A stretch of DNA of 64,000 bases, taken from NCBI GenBank assembly GCA_963821525.1, contig CAWGED010000005.1, forward strand, positions 96,001 through 160,000. Reading direction: 5' to 3'. The translations under genes were made by a program, and so were the position numbers. The notes under the pieces are model-generated. The model searched no databases. It had not been told where the DNA came from and was given only the letters and a program-made list of their open reading frames with translations. This DNA comes from an uncultured Gemmatimonadales bacterium. Lineage in GTDB: Bacteria > Gemmatimonadota > Gemmatimonadetes > Gemmatimonadales > GWC2-71-9. This document shows, in pieces, positions 9,673 to 19,528 of the stretch. Each line of letters begins with the position of its first letter. Position 1 is the first letter of the stretch.

Positions 9673-10679
9673 TCTTTTCGTCTTCGTACTTCTCGAATGG
9701 CCCGATTGTGCTCGGCGAGGGTTCGGCTGAAGATGTGATAGCCGTCGGGCCGGGCGACGAAGAAGAGATAGGGAACCTGGGCGGGATAGAGGGCAGCACG
9801 GATGCTGGCCAGGCCGGGTGAATTCACCGGTCCGGGAGGCAGCCCCGGATGGAGGTAGGTATTGTAGGGTGAGTTGGTCTCGTAGTCCCGAAAGTACAGT
9901 CGCGGCTTGCGCTGGCCGGTTCTAAGCTGGAGAGCGTACTGAACGGTCGGGTCGGCCTGCAGCGGCATCATCAGTCGCAAGCGATTGGCGTAGACTGCGG
10001 CGATCACCGGCCTCTCCTCGTCGTGCCGGGCTTCCCCTTCCACGATCGACGCCAGGGCCATTACCTGGTGCCGGGTCCAGCCCAGGCTATCGAGTCGCAG
10101 ATCCCACGCCGGATCCCACTGCCGCAGAAATTCCGTTCCCATGCGATGGACCAGCTCCCGTGCGGTGACCGCGAGCGGAAGTTTATAGGTCTCGGGAAGC
10201 AGATACCCCTCGAGCGTCGGAGCCGGGACACCGACAGCGCGTCGAGCCGCCGGGTCGCTGGCTGCCACCAGGACTGATTCGGCGGGAAGGTGCAGCTCGT
10301 CCTGTACCATCCCCGCCAGCTCCAGGAGGGTGATCCCCTCCGGAACGGTGAAGCGGACGACAACCACGCGCCCCGAAGCAAGAATCGTCAGCATCTTCCA
10401 CGGATTGGAGCCCCGCGGAATTTCATAGGTGCCGGCTTGCAGGTTGCGATCGACGCGCCTGATCCTGGCGAGCAGCTGAAACCAGGAGCGGGAGCCGAGA
10501 AGACCGTGGGCTTCCAGACTATCGGCCACCACGCCGAGGCTGGCTCCGCTGGGAATGGTGACGCGTTCAGGTGCGGCCGGGAGACCGGGAGAACCGCAAC
10601 CGATGGAAAGACCGGCTACAAAGGCCAGCCAGATCAGCAGGACCCCAATCGCCAGCCTCGTCCCAGGCGCGGAGCTCAC
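9669..10679 (-). CDS. mltG: Endolytic transglycosylase MltG
   Basis: N-terminal TM, LQAGTY, TVPEG, LEGYLLPETY, LASIVEGE, LQADPTVQY, SPYNTY..PGLPPGPV.SPG, YLFFVA. Confidence 0.95.
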   Translation of the reverse strand: MSSAPGTRLAIGVLLIWLAFVAGLSIGCGSPGLPAAPERVTIPSGASLGVVADSLEAHGLLGSRSWFQLLARIRRVDRNLQAGTYEIPRGSNPWKMLTILASGRVVVVRFTVPEGITLLELAGMVQDELHLPAESVLVAASDPAARRAVGVPAPTLEGYLLPETYKLPLAVTARELVHRMGTEFLRQWDPAWDLRLDSLGWTRHQVMALASIVEGEARHDEERPVIAAVYANRLRLMMPLQADPTVQYALQLRTGQRKPRLYFRDYETNSPYNTYLHPGLPPGPVNSPGLASIRAALYPAQVPYLFFVARPDGYHIFSRTLAEHNRAIREVRRRKD

Positions 10680-11123
10680 GTGGCTCCGCCTCTCCGGGCA
10701 TCCAGGCAATTCTGCAACAGGACCGACGCGGCCATCGCGTCTACTTCTTCCTTCCGACCGCGAGTGGATCCACGCTGTTCGCGAATCAGCTTCAGGGTTC
10801 GCGTGGTGGTGAGACGCTCGTCGCTGAGTTCGACCGGCAGGCTGGTGCGGCGGGCGACTAGTTCGGCCAGCTCGCGGGCCGAGGCGCTCGATTCGGTTTC
10901 GCCTCCCTCGGGTGAGAGGGGGAGGCCAACGACGATTCCGACCGGTTGATGCTGGCTGACGAGTTCGAGGAAGCGGGCGATGGGGAACCGCTTGCCCCGC
11001 CGGCGGGTGAGCGTTTCGAGCGGGGAGGCGAGGGTCTGGGTCTCGTCGCTCAGGGCGAGGCCGATGCGTAACTCACCCCAGTCGATGGCGAGGAGCCGTC
11101 CGGTTCGTGGGCAGGGGGGTCAT
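10676..11123 (-). CDS. ruvX: Holliday junction resolvase-like / pre-16S rRNA nuclease RuvX (YqgF); absent from ORF track, one extra base near the 5' end
   Basis: Manual translation: GRLLAIDWGELRIGLALSDETQTLASPL...IVVGLPL...DERLTT...VDAMAASVLLQ. ATG 11123 is one base out of frame; sits upstream of mltG. Confidence 0.9.
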
Positions 11124-11220
11124 TGCCGATTGGCGATTGCCGATTCCCGATTGAACGATTGCCCGGCTCGATACGACGCCTTGGTCAATCTTCAATCGGA
11201 AATCATCAATCATCAATCCC
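11122..11220. repeat. Inverted pair of heptamer tandem arrays (ATTGCCG x6 ... CAATCAT x5)
   Basis: Arms at 11122-11164 and 11186-11220 fill the whole rho-stop to ruvX-start interval. Confidence 0.88.
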
Positions 11221-12533
11221 TACTGGGCCATGGTCGCGAAGAATTCCTTGTTGCTCTTGGTGCGCTTCATGCGCTCGAGCAGGAATTCCAGGGCCTCCAC
11301 CGGGGGCATGTCGGCGAGGAAGTTTCGCAGCAGGTAGACCCGGTTGAGCTCGTCCTTGTCCATGAGGAGCTCTTCTTTCCGGGTCGAGGTGCGCTGGATG
11401 TCGATGGCGGGATAAATCCGGCGATCGGCCAGACGGCGGTCGAGCACCAGTTCCATGTTGCCGGTTCCCTTGAACTCTTCGAAAATGACCTCGTCCATCC
11501 GGCTGCCGGTGTCGATCAGCGCGGTGGCAATGATCGTGAGCGAGCCGCCGTTGTCGATGTTACGCGCGGCGCCGAAGAAGCGCTTGGGCTTCTGCAGGGC
11601 GTTGGCATCCACACCGCCCGAGAGGATCTTGCCGGAGTGGGGCACCACGACGTTGTGGGCCCGGGCCAGACGGGTGATTGAATCCAGCAGGATCACGACA
11701 TCCCGCCCATGCTCCACCAGCCGCTTCGACTTCTCGATCACCATGTCGGCCACCTGGACGTGGCGGTCGGCCGGCTCGTCGAAGGTGGAGGAGATGACCT
11801 CCGCCTTCACGTTCTCCTGCATGTCGGTGACTTCCTCGGGCCGCTCGTCGATGAGCAGGACGATGAGCACGACCTCGGGATGGTTCTCGCTGATCGCGTT
11901 GGCCAGCTTCTGCATCAGGATCGTCTTACCGGCCTTGGGCGGAGAGACGATCAGTCCGCGTTGTCCTTTGCCGATGGGCGAGAGCAGGTCCACGACCCGC
12001 ATCGCGAGATCGCCTGTGGTCCGTTCCAGCCGAATGCGCCGGTCGGGGTAGCGCGGCTTGAGGTTGTCGAACGCGATCCGGTGCTTGGTCTTTTCCGGCT
12101 CTTCAAAATTGACGTTCTCGACCTTGAGCAAGGCCAGGTAGCGTTCGCCCTCTTTAGGGGGCCGCACCTGGCCCATGACCGTGTCGCCGGTGCGCAGATC
12201 GAAGCGCTTGATCTGGCTGGGCGAGACGTAGATGTCGTCGGGGCCGTAGAGGTAGTTCCAGTCCTGGCTACGAAGGAATCCGTAACCCTCGGGCAGGATT
12301 TCCAGCACACCCTCCCCGCGGATTACGGTGTCCTGGTCGAGCAGCGATTGCTCGATCCGGAAGATCAGGTCTTGCTTGCGAAGCCCTGAGTAGTTTGTGA
12401 TGTTGAGTTGCTCGGCGAGTGCGTGCAACTCGGCGACCGACTTCTGTTTGAGTTCGGCGATATCCACGGGTGGGCCACTCCGCTGAGGAGAAGCGCTACG
12501 GTCGGCCGGAGGCCGGGTCTTGGGTGCAGGCAA
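11220..12533 (-). CDS. rho: Transcription termination factor Rho
   Basis: [66 protein letters not shown]. Confidence 0.98.
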   Translation of the reverse strand: MPAPKTRPPADRSASPQRSGPPVDIAELKQKSVAELHALAEQLNITNYSGLRKQDLIFRIEQSLLDQDTVIRGEGVLEILPEGYGFLRSQDWNYLYGPDDIYVSPSQIKRFDLRTGDTVMGQVRPPKEGERYLALLKVENVNFEEPEKTKHRIAFDNLKPRYPDRRIRLERTTGDLAMRVVDLLSPIGKGQRGLIVSPPKAGKTILMQKLANAISENHPEVVLIVLLIDERPEEVTDMQENVKAEVISSTFDEPADRHVQVADMVIEKSKRLVEHGRDVVILLDSITRLARAHNVVVPHSGKILSGGVDANALQKPKRFFGAARNIDNGGSLTIIATALIDTGSRMDEVIFEEFKGTGNMELVLDRRLADRRIYPAIDIQRTSTRKEELLMDKDELNRVYLLRNFLADMPPVEALEFLLERMKRTKSNKEFFATMAQ

Positions 12534-12644
12534 TGGGATTGGAAAGGCGCCAGGAAATGTTGAAACCGGACTGGGCCGGCGATGGTGTTACTGAGGGAAG
12601 AATGGGACGAACGGGAGAGTGCTCAAGGATGACGGAAGCGCCTC

Positions 12645-12673
12645 ATAATAGAGACACCCCCTTATCCAGTCAA
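12645..12673 (-). promoter_or_regulatory. Sigma70-type promoter for rho
   Basis: Minus strand TTGACT-N17-TATTAT about 110 nt upstream of rho. Confidence 0.75.
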
Positions 12674-12681
12674 GAGCGATC

Positions 12682-13812
12682 GTGGATCCGCTGACCAGGC
12701 ATTTTCTTGCCTGGCGTGTCCTCCGGAACGCGGACCGGGAAATCATTGAATCCATCATAGCCCCGGAACACCGGGGGCCTTCCCCCAGTCTGGCGGCCTC
12801 GCTCAAGGACTGGCGTGGCGCGCATTACTGGGGTTCTCCAGATCACAGCGAATTGGTGCTGATCCGCCCCCTGCGTCCCGGGCGGCGGGAACGGTGGCTG
12901 CTGCACCTTGCCCTCTTCGGGGCGACCCTCATCTGCTCTCTTGGCGCCGGGGCCGCGCTCCAGGGACGGTTCGATCCCCCGATGGGGTACGGACCGCTCG
13001 CGTGGATCAAGGCCGGCCTCCAGTTCTTCGTCGATTTCACATCGGGATCAACCGAACAGATCCTGAGCGGATGGACGTTCGCGGTGCCACTGTTGGGAAT
13101 TCTGCTAATCCACGAGCTGGGCCACTTCGTGGCCGCTCGGCGCTACGCGGTAGACGCATCTCCCCCCTACTTCCTCCCCGTGCCACCTACGCTGTCGCCG
13201 ATTGGGAGCCTGGGTGCATTCCTGAGGCTGCGCTCGGTGGTAGTGGACCGGCGGCAGCTTCTCGACATTGGAGCTGCCGGTCCCTTGGCAGGATTCGTGG
13301 TTGCCCTGGCCGTCCTGATCTGGGGATACACGACTTCCCAGCCGATCCCTTCGGGCGAGGGGCCACAGGGCCTCATCGTGCGTTTTGCCCAGGGATACTT
13401 CGTGGTCGGCGAATCGCTCCTGCTACGGGGGCTGCGCGAGCACTACTTCCCAGGGGTTACTTCGATCCAGCTGAGTCTCCCTGCGTTCGCGGGGTGGGCA
13501 GGCAGCTTTATTACCGGGCTAAACCTGCTGCCATTGAGCCAACTGGATGGTGGGCACGTGAGCTACGGTCTCGTGGGCAAGCGGCAGACTCTGATCGCCT
13601 GGCTCGCCGTGCTGGGACTGCTTTACCTCTCCTGGCACACGCCCGCCTGGCTGATCTGGATTGTGCTCACTTTGCTGGTGGGAGCGGGGCGGTGGTCTCA
13701 CCCGTCCGTCTTATCCCCGGACAGGCCGGTACCGCGGAGCCGGGTAGTTATTGGGTGGATTTGCCTGGTTGTTCTGGCCCTGACTTTTGTACCAGTACCC
13801 TTCAGTCAATGA
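12682..13812 (+). CDS. Site-2 protease family (peptidase M50) membrane metalloprotease
   Basis: HELGH, IGAAGPLAG, LNLLPLSQLDGGH, multiple TM segments. Confidence 0.93.
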   Translation: MDPLTRHFLAWRVLRNADREIIESIIAPEHRGPSPSLAASLKDWRGAHYWGSPDHSELVLIRPLRPGRRERWLLHLALFGATLICSLGAGAALQGRFDPPMGYGPLAWIKAGLQFFVDFTSGSTEQILSGWTFAVPLLGILLIHELGHFVAARRYAVDASPPYFLPVPPTLSPIGSLGAFLRLRSVVVDRRQLLDIGAAGPLAGFVVALAVLIWGYTTSQPIPSGEGPQGLIVRFAQGYFVVGESLLLRGLREHYFPGVTSIQLSLPAFAGWAGSFITGLNLLPLSQLDGGHVSYGLVGKRQTLIAWLAVLGLLYLSWHTPAWLIWIVLTLLVGAGRWSHPSVLSPDRPVPRSRVVIGWICLVVLALTFVPVPFSQ

Positions 13813-13816
13813 AACA

Positions 13817-13844
13817 TTGCGCGCGGAAGCCCATTATCTATATT
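13817..13844 (+). promoter_or_regulatory. Possible sigma70 promoter for the small HisKA gene
   Basis: TTGCGC-N16-TATATT about 40 nt upstream of ATG 13883. Confidence 0.35.
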
Positions 13845-13882
13845 GGGTTACGTACCCCTTCCCACAGCGCAAGCGGACCAGG

Positions 13883-14077
13883 ATGCCCATGCCCATGACA
13901 GAGGCCGAGCACCTTACAAAGCTTCGGCATGACCTTGCCAATCCGCTGTCTGCTCTCCTGGCGGAAACCCAGCTCCTCCTACTGAATGAATCCAAGCTCG
14001 ATGCCGAAACCCTGACCAGCCTGAGAGAAATCGAAGCCTTGGCGGTCAGGATGCGGACGATTCTGCGGGACGGATAA
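13883..14077 (+). CDS. Stand-alone histidine kinase dimerization/phosphoacceptor (HisKA) domain protein
   Basis: H-box LRHDLANPLSAL followed by a second helix (LREIEALAVRMRTILR); no ATPase domain. Confidence 0.8.
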   Translation: MPMPMTEAEHLTKLRHDLANPLSALLAETQLLLLNESKLDAETLTSLREIEALAVRMRTILRDG

Positions 14078-15869
14078 CCCCCGGCTCCGCATCCCGGCTC
14101 CCCTGGCTGCGGAGCCAGAGGGCCCCGTTGGCCAGGTAAAGCAGCAGAAACAGAGCGCTCACGGTGCTGACACCGACCCGGAGCGCGACCCCGCCTTCAC
14201 TCGTCGAAACAAATCCTTCGATAGTTCCCGCGATCATCAGGAGCACGATCACGGCGCCGATCATCCGAATCGCCAATCTCCCGTTCAGCACCAGAGCATC
14301 CGCCCGGGTGAGGTCTCCGGGTGCAATCAGCGCGCGTCCCAGCAGAAAGCCGGCGGCGCCGGCAACCCAGATGGCGAACAACTCCAGCACGCCGTGGCCG
14401 ACGATGAAACTCCAGAGGTAGCCCAGCAGTCCCACGTTGGCGAAGTGGGCGGAGACGGCTCCGATCGAGAGGCCGTTGTACGCCAGCAGCACCAAGGAAC
14501 CAACCCCGGCGAAGATCCCGCCGGCAAAGCAGTAGAAGGCGACGGTGATGTTGTTGGTGATGATGCTCGAGGCGATCATCGGCCGCTGGCGGGCTTCCAC
14601 CTCGACGTACCCCTTACCCTGGCCGATCCGTGAGGCACCGGCTTGGGCCCGCTCCAGCATCACGTCGGGGAGAAGCTCGTCTGCCAGTGCGGGGCGCTCC
14701 TTCAGCAGGAGGAACCCCGCGGCTGCCGGGACAGCGAAGGCGAGAAACGCAATCAATACATAGCGTCGAGCCTGGACCACGGCCGCGGGACATTCCCGCA
14801 TGACCACCTGCCAGATCCGATTGATCGAGTTCCGCTCGTCGCGGTAGAGCACGTTGTGTCCGGAGACAACCAGGCGTTCCAAGCGGGCGAGGGTAGAGGG
14901 ATCGGCCCGATAGGTGCGCGCCCGAGCGAGATCGGCGGCGACCTCCCGATAGCGGGCGGCGAAGTCCGGCAGTTCCCGGGCGTTGAAGCTGTCGAGTCCC
15001 TCACGCGCTGCGCGGTCCGCCATGCTCTGAAAGGTTTGCCAGCGCTCGGTCTTCCGCGCGGCCATCCGTTCGGCAACGGTGCCCTGACCGCGGCGCTCCG
15101 TCGCGCGCGGCTCTCCTCGCGCCCCGAACCTCCCTCGACGGCGCGCGAGCTCATCACGGTATAAGTCGGCCAGGAAGGATTCCGGCGAGGCGGCCCGACT
15201 GGGATAGCGGTCGGCGAATTTCTCGGCGAGGCGTGTGGCGAGACGCTGCCGAACCTCCGGGGCCAGAGCCGAGGCCCGTTCGCTGAATTCCCGCAGGAGA
15301 CGGAACTCCTCGTCTCCCAGTTCGGGAACTCCGACCTCGACGGATGCATCGGAGATTCCGGCGGGCCGGACGGCGACCTCGGTGGGTCGGTCCCGAACGA
15401 CGACGGTGCCGGCCACCAGATCCCCGAGCCGCTTGGCACGGGGATGGAGCGCTACCAGGATTCCGCCGATCAGATAGGGTGGAGGGAGGAAATCGGCGGC
15501 GCGAATCAGGTTGCGAACGGCCGCGGTTCCGAAGGTGACCGGATGCCCGGTATCGCGCACCACGCGGATTCCCAGGCGGCGCTTCCCGGGAGTCTGACCG
15601 TTACGAAGCCCCTCGAAGAAGGCGAAATAGCCCCAGAGAGATGTGAAATACACCAGCGTGAAGATCGCCCCGGCCCAGTCCTCGAACTGAAACGACAGGA
15701 GCGCGAAGACGACCAGCAATGCCATGGACCACCCGATCAGGATCAGGGTGTCGATGATGGCGGCGAGGGCGCGTGACCCGAGCCCCGCGATCTCGTAGTC
15801 GAGGACTACATGCTCTGGAGTCTCGACCTCGAGGTGCTGCCGAAAGTCCAGCGGCGCTCGTGTTGCCAT
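14046..15869 (-). CDS. RDD-domain plus SpoIIM-like (DUF95) membrane fusion protein
   Basis: ETPEHV.LDYEIAGLGSRALAAIID, GQTPGKR, RLGDLVAGT (RDD); I..NN, HGVLEL, AG.IEGFV (SpoIIM). Confidence 0.9.
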   Translation of the reverse strand: MATRAPLDFRQHLEVETPEHVVLDYEIAGLGSRALAAIIDTLILIGWSMALLVVFALLSFQFEDWAGAIFTLVYFTSLWGYFAFFEGLRNGQTPGKRRLGIRVVRDTGHPVTFGTAAVRNLIRAADFLPPPYLIGGILVALHPRAKRLGDLVAGTVVVRDRPTEVAVRPAGISDASVEVGVPELGDEEFRLLREFSERASALAPEVRQRLATRLAEKFADRYPSRAASPESFLADLYRDELARRRGRFGARGEPRATERRGQGTVAERMAARKTERWQTFQSMADRAAREGLDSFNARELPDFAARYREVAADLARARTYRADPSTLARLERLVVSGHNVLYRDERNSINRIWQVVMRECPAAVVQARRYVLIAFLAFAVPAAAGFLLLKERPALADELLPDVMLERAQAGASRIGQGKGYVEVEARQRPMIASSIITNNITVAFYCFAGGIFAGVGSLVLLAYNGLSIGAVSAHFANVGLLGYLWSFIVGHGVLELFAIWVAGAAGFLLGRALIAPGDLTRADALVLNGRLAIRMIGAVIVLLMIAGTIEGFVSTSEGGVALRVGVSTVSALFLLLYLANGALWLRSQGSRDAEPGVIRPAESSAS

Positions 15870-15969
15870 GAAGGATGATCCGTTGAAATCCCTTCCCAAG
15901 TTCTCCCCGCTCCCGCATCTTGGAAAGTCCAATCTCCGCTCCACTCTCCCACCGGCCTGGAGCCTGTCC

Positions 15970-16746
15970 ATGAACGCACCCGCCCTGCGGCCGTTGTCCA
16001 CGGGGGAAATACTCGACGTTTCATTCGGGCTCTACCGGCAGCGTTTCGGGCCGCTGGTGAAGGTGGCACTGGTGACCGCCGCTGTTCCCTTGCTCATCGG
16101 GATTTACGTGACGACGGCGGGAGGGCAGTTCGCGAACCTGGGATTGTCTATCGCCAACCTGCTCCTGAAGACCGTGCTGGATCTCCTGGCACTGGGCGCC
16201 ACGATTTTCATCGTGTCGGAGAGCTACCTCGGGCACGACCTGAGCGCCGCGGATGCGCTGAAGCGCTCGGTCCCGTTTCTGGGCAGGCTGGTCTTTCTGA
16301 GCATCCTGCTCGGTCTCGTGATTGGTGTCGGGTTTCTGCTGTTCTTCATTCCGGGTTGCGTGTTCCTCGCGGGGCTGATCGCCTCCGTGCCGGCTCTGGT
16401 GCTGGAGAATCATCAAAGCGCCCTTGAGGCGATGGGCCGTGGCTGGGGACTCTCGCGGGGATTCCGCCGGAAACAGTTCGTGATCGTCGCGACTGTCTTC
16501 ATCCTGCAGGTGATCCCTGCAATGGCCGCGGGATTCTTCCTCCCGGAATTCTCGAATCCCGCGGCGGTCTATGAGCTGGAAGGCGGAGTCGGAACCGCCT
16601 CAATCATTCTCGGTGTCGCGGGGATCCTGCAGGTCCTGATCTCGCCCTTCGTGTACTGCACCGTCACCGTGGCCTACTACGACCTGCGGGTCCGCAAAGA
16701 AGGGTTCGACCTGGAAATCCTGGCGGCCCGGCTGCAACCCGCGTGA
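15970..16746 (+). CDS. Integral membrane protein of the MoxR cluster
   Basis: LRPLSTGEILD N-terminus and YYDLRVRKEGFDLE C-terminus, about 6 TM segments. Confidence 0.8.
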   Translation: MNAPALRPLSTGEILDVSFGLYRQRFGPLVKVALVTAAVPLLIGIYVTTAGGQFANLGLSIANLLLKTVLDLLALGATIFIVSESYLGHDLSAADALKRSVPFLGRLVFLSILLGLVIGVGFLLFFIPGCVFLAGLIASVPALVLENHQSALEAMGRGWGLSRGFRRKQFVIVATVFILQVIPAMAAGFFLPEFSNPAAVYELEGGVGTASIILGVAGILQVLISPFVYCTVTVAYYDLRVRKEGFDLEILAARLQPA

Positions 16747-17352
16747 GCCAGGTTCCCGCCGACTCGCTGCGCGCCGTCCTCGATAGCGTCTTCGCCGCCC
16801 CGGCCTATCAATGGGTAGAACCGCCAAGGCCTTTCGCATTCCTGGGCCGGTGGTGGCGGGCGCTCGAGGATTGGCTGGCGGCGTTTCGGGAAGGGAACCC
16901 GCAGTTGTTCGAGGTGTTTTTCTGGACCCTCGTGCTGATTCTGGTCATGGTGCTGGTCCACGCTTCGTACGTCATGTTCCAGACCATTCGTGCGGCGGGA
17001 GCATCGACCGAGTCACGCCTCCCGCAGCCGACAGAGCAGCGAAACGCAGCCTGGTACCGGCGACGCGCCGAGGGCCTGGCCTCCGAGGGAAGGTTCCTCG
17101 AGGCGATGCCGCTGGATTTCCTCGCCCTCATGCTCGAGCTCGATGCGCGGCATGTGGTGCGCTTTCAGGGGAGCAAGACACCGGGCGAGTATGCTGCCGA
17201 GGCTCAGTTGCCGGAGGAGCAGCGTGCCTTGTTGCGCGACGCGGTTCGCGGATTGTACGGGCACGTGTTCGCCGAGATCCCCTGCGGGCCCGGACGAGTA
17301 TCTAGCCTGGCGGGATCTCACCGAGGGCAGGCGCTATGCGGCTGCGCACTGA
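16743..17352 (+). CDS. DUF4129-domain membrane protein (frameshift near 17290)
   Basis: TM segment, then A..GRF.EA...KTPGEY...YG; C-terminus continues in the frame ending at 17352. Confidence 0.7.
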
Positions 17353-18553
17353 GCTCGCCCTGGGTGTTGCCGTGTTGCTGGTGCTCGCTGTCCTGGCGGC
17401 TGGCCTGGGACAGCGCAGCAACCGTACTCCCTCCCAGGATTTTCGGCGATCGACCTATCTCGCGGGTCCCCACGGCGCCCGAGCCGTGGCCGACGGCCTC
17501 CGCCGGCTCGGGGTCCAGGTCAAACAATACCGTCGGCGCTCGCGGGAGCTGATCAATCTCGAGACTCCGCCCGATCGCTACGCGCTCGCGGTCCTGGACC
17601 CGAGCGAAAGCATTCGCCCCGGTGAGCTGGACGATTTTCTGGAGCTGGGGGAGCGAGTTGACCTGGTGCTGGCCGGTCCCGGCGCTGCCCGTCTGATGCG
17701 CTGCTTCGGCTATGCCTACCAGGCGCAATCCGGCGACTCGGTGCAGGCTATCGAGCCGGGCACGACGGTCTCGGAGCGGTCTCCCTGGGTCGACGCCGTG
17801 TTGGGAGCTTCCACCGTGCAAGTTGTCACCGATTCGTCCGGAGCTGGCCGACGCGAGTCTCGCGGCCTGTGGCGTACCGACCGTGGCATTCGCTGAGACC
17901 TTGCTGGTCACCCGAAGCGGCCGGGTCGAGGCTCTCCGGCTTCATCGCGCAGACGTGGACCGTCGGGTGACTCTGGTCGCCGACGGCCATCTCTTCAGCA
18001 ACACTGATTTGCGGAACACGGATGCAGGCCCCTTCGCCCTCGGCCTTGTTCGCGGGCCGGTACGACGCGGTGATGTTCGAAGAATCCCATCATGGCTATC
18101 GCCGCGTCAGGCTCACTCGCCTCGGCCGCGCTGCAATGGAGCAAACGGTCGCCGTGGGGATGGGCCGCGTGGCAGCTCGCGCTGGTGGGACTCATCGCGC
18201 TGCTCTTCGGTGCCGTGCGGTTCGGAGCGCCGCGTCCAGCGATTCCTCGCAAGCGGCGCTCTCCGCTCGAGCACGTGAAGGCCCTGGCCACGGCCCTTGC
18301 CGCGGCTCATGGCCACGATGTAGCAGTCGCGACGATCATCCGGGGGCTTCGCCGCCGCCTCTCTCCCGGTGGACAGTCCGACCCGCGCGCCGACCAGCAG
18401 TGGCTGGAGGCTCTGGAGCAGACTGCCGAGTCTCCGAGGGCGCAGGCCGCGGTGCAAACCCTGAAGCAGGTCACCCGACCAGGGCAGCCCGTCAGCGGGG
18501 TGCTGCTGGCCGCCAACGCCGTGGAGGATGTGTGGGAGGAACTAGGCCGGTGA
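17336..18553 (+). CDS. DUF4350-domain membrane protein (2-3 frameshifts)
   Basis: STYLAGPHGARA N-terminal motif; LFSN..LR; FEE.HHG; TM plus RFG.P...LEHVKALA; pieces lie in different frames. Confidence 0.7.
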
Positions 18554-19528
18554 GCCCCGACGATCGTTGCCGAGCATTCCCGGAGCGCGCAGCGAGTCCT
18601 GGACGAGCTGCGCCGAGTGGTGCTTGGGCAGGAAGCGGTACTGCGAGAAACGGTGCTGGCGCTGATCGCGCGAGGGCACGTCCTGCTCGAGGGCGCGCCG
18701 GGTACCGCGAAGACGCTGCTGGTCCGGGTCCTGAGTCAGGTTCTTGGCCTCGAGTTCCGCCGCATCCAGTTCACGCCCGACCTGATGCCATCGGACATCA
18801 CCGGCGTAAACCTGCTCACCGGCCATGGTGAATTCACCTTCCGGCCCGGCCCGCTCTTCGGCGATCTCATCCTGGGTGACGAGATCAACCGGGCGCCGGC
18901 GAAGACTCAAGCGGCGCTGCTCGAGGCAATGCAGGAGCGCAGCGTGACCGTCGATGGAGTCAGCCACGCCCTGAGCCAGAGCTTCACGGTTTTCGCGACC
19001 CAGAATCCGATCGAATTCGAAGGGACCTACCCACTGCCCGAGGCCGAGCTAGACCGGTTCCTGATCAAGAGCCTGCTCAACTACCCATCGGAGGAGGCAG
19101 AGCAGGGGGTGCTGCGGCGAGTTCTCGACGGCTTCGAGGCAGCCGAGCCGTCGAGCTTCGGTGTGACCCGAGTGCTCGACGCGAACGGCCTCGCGCGACT
19201 CCGTGAAGCGGCGCGGTCGATCCGGGTCGAGCCGAGCCTGCAGGCCTATATCACCTCGCTGGTCCGCGCGACCAGGGGCGCCCCCGCCCTGACTCTGGGA
19301 GCGTCACCCCGCGCCAGCGTGGCCTTGCTCAAACTCTCCCAGGCGGCAGCCCTGCTCGATGGCAGAGAGTACGTGGTACCAGATGATGTGAAGATCAACG
19401 CGCCGGCGGTGTTGAGACACCGAATCGCGGTCGCGCCGGAACTCGAGCTGGAGGGAGTCACGGCCGACGCCGCGTTGCGGACGCTGATCGATCGGATCGA
19501 GGCGCCCACGGGAGGGCAGCAGGGCTGA
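18550..19528 (+). CDS. MoxR-family AAA+ ATPase (extra C just after the GTG start)
   Basis: GHVLLEGAPGTAKT, RIQFTPDLMPSDITG, DEINRAPAKTQAALLEAMQE, ATQNPIEFEGTYPLPEAELDRF, GASPRA. Confidence 0.95.

Noticed and set aside
16743..18620. Programmed ribosomal frameshifting in the split genes
   Set aside because: No consistent slippery motif or stimulatory structure; breaks are scattered across unrelated genes
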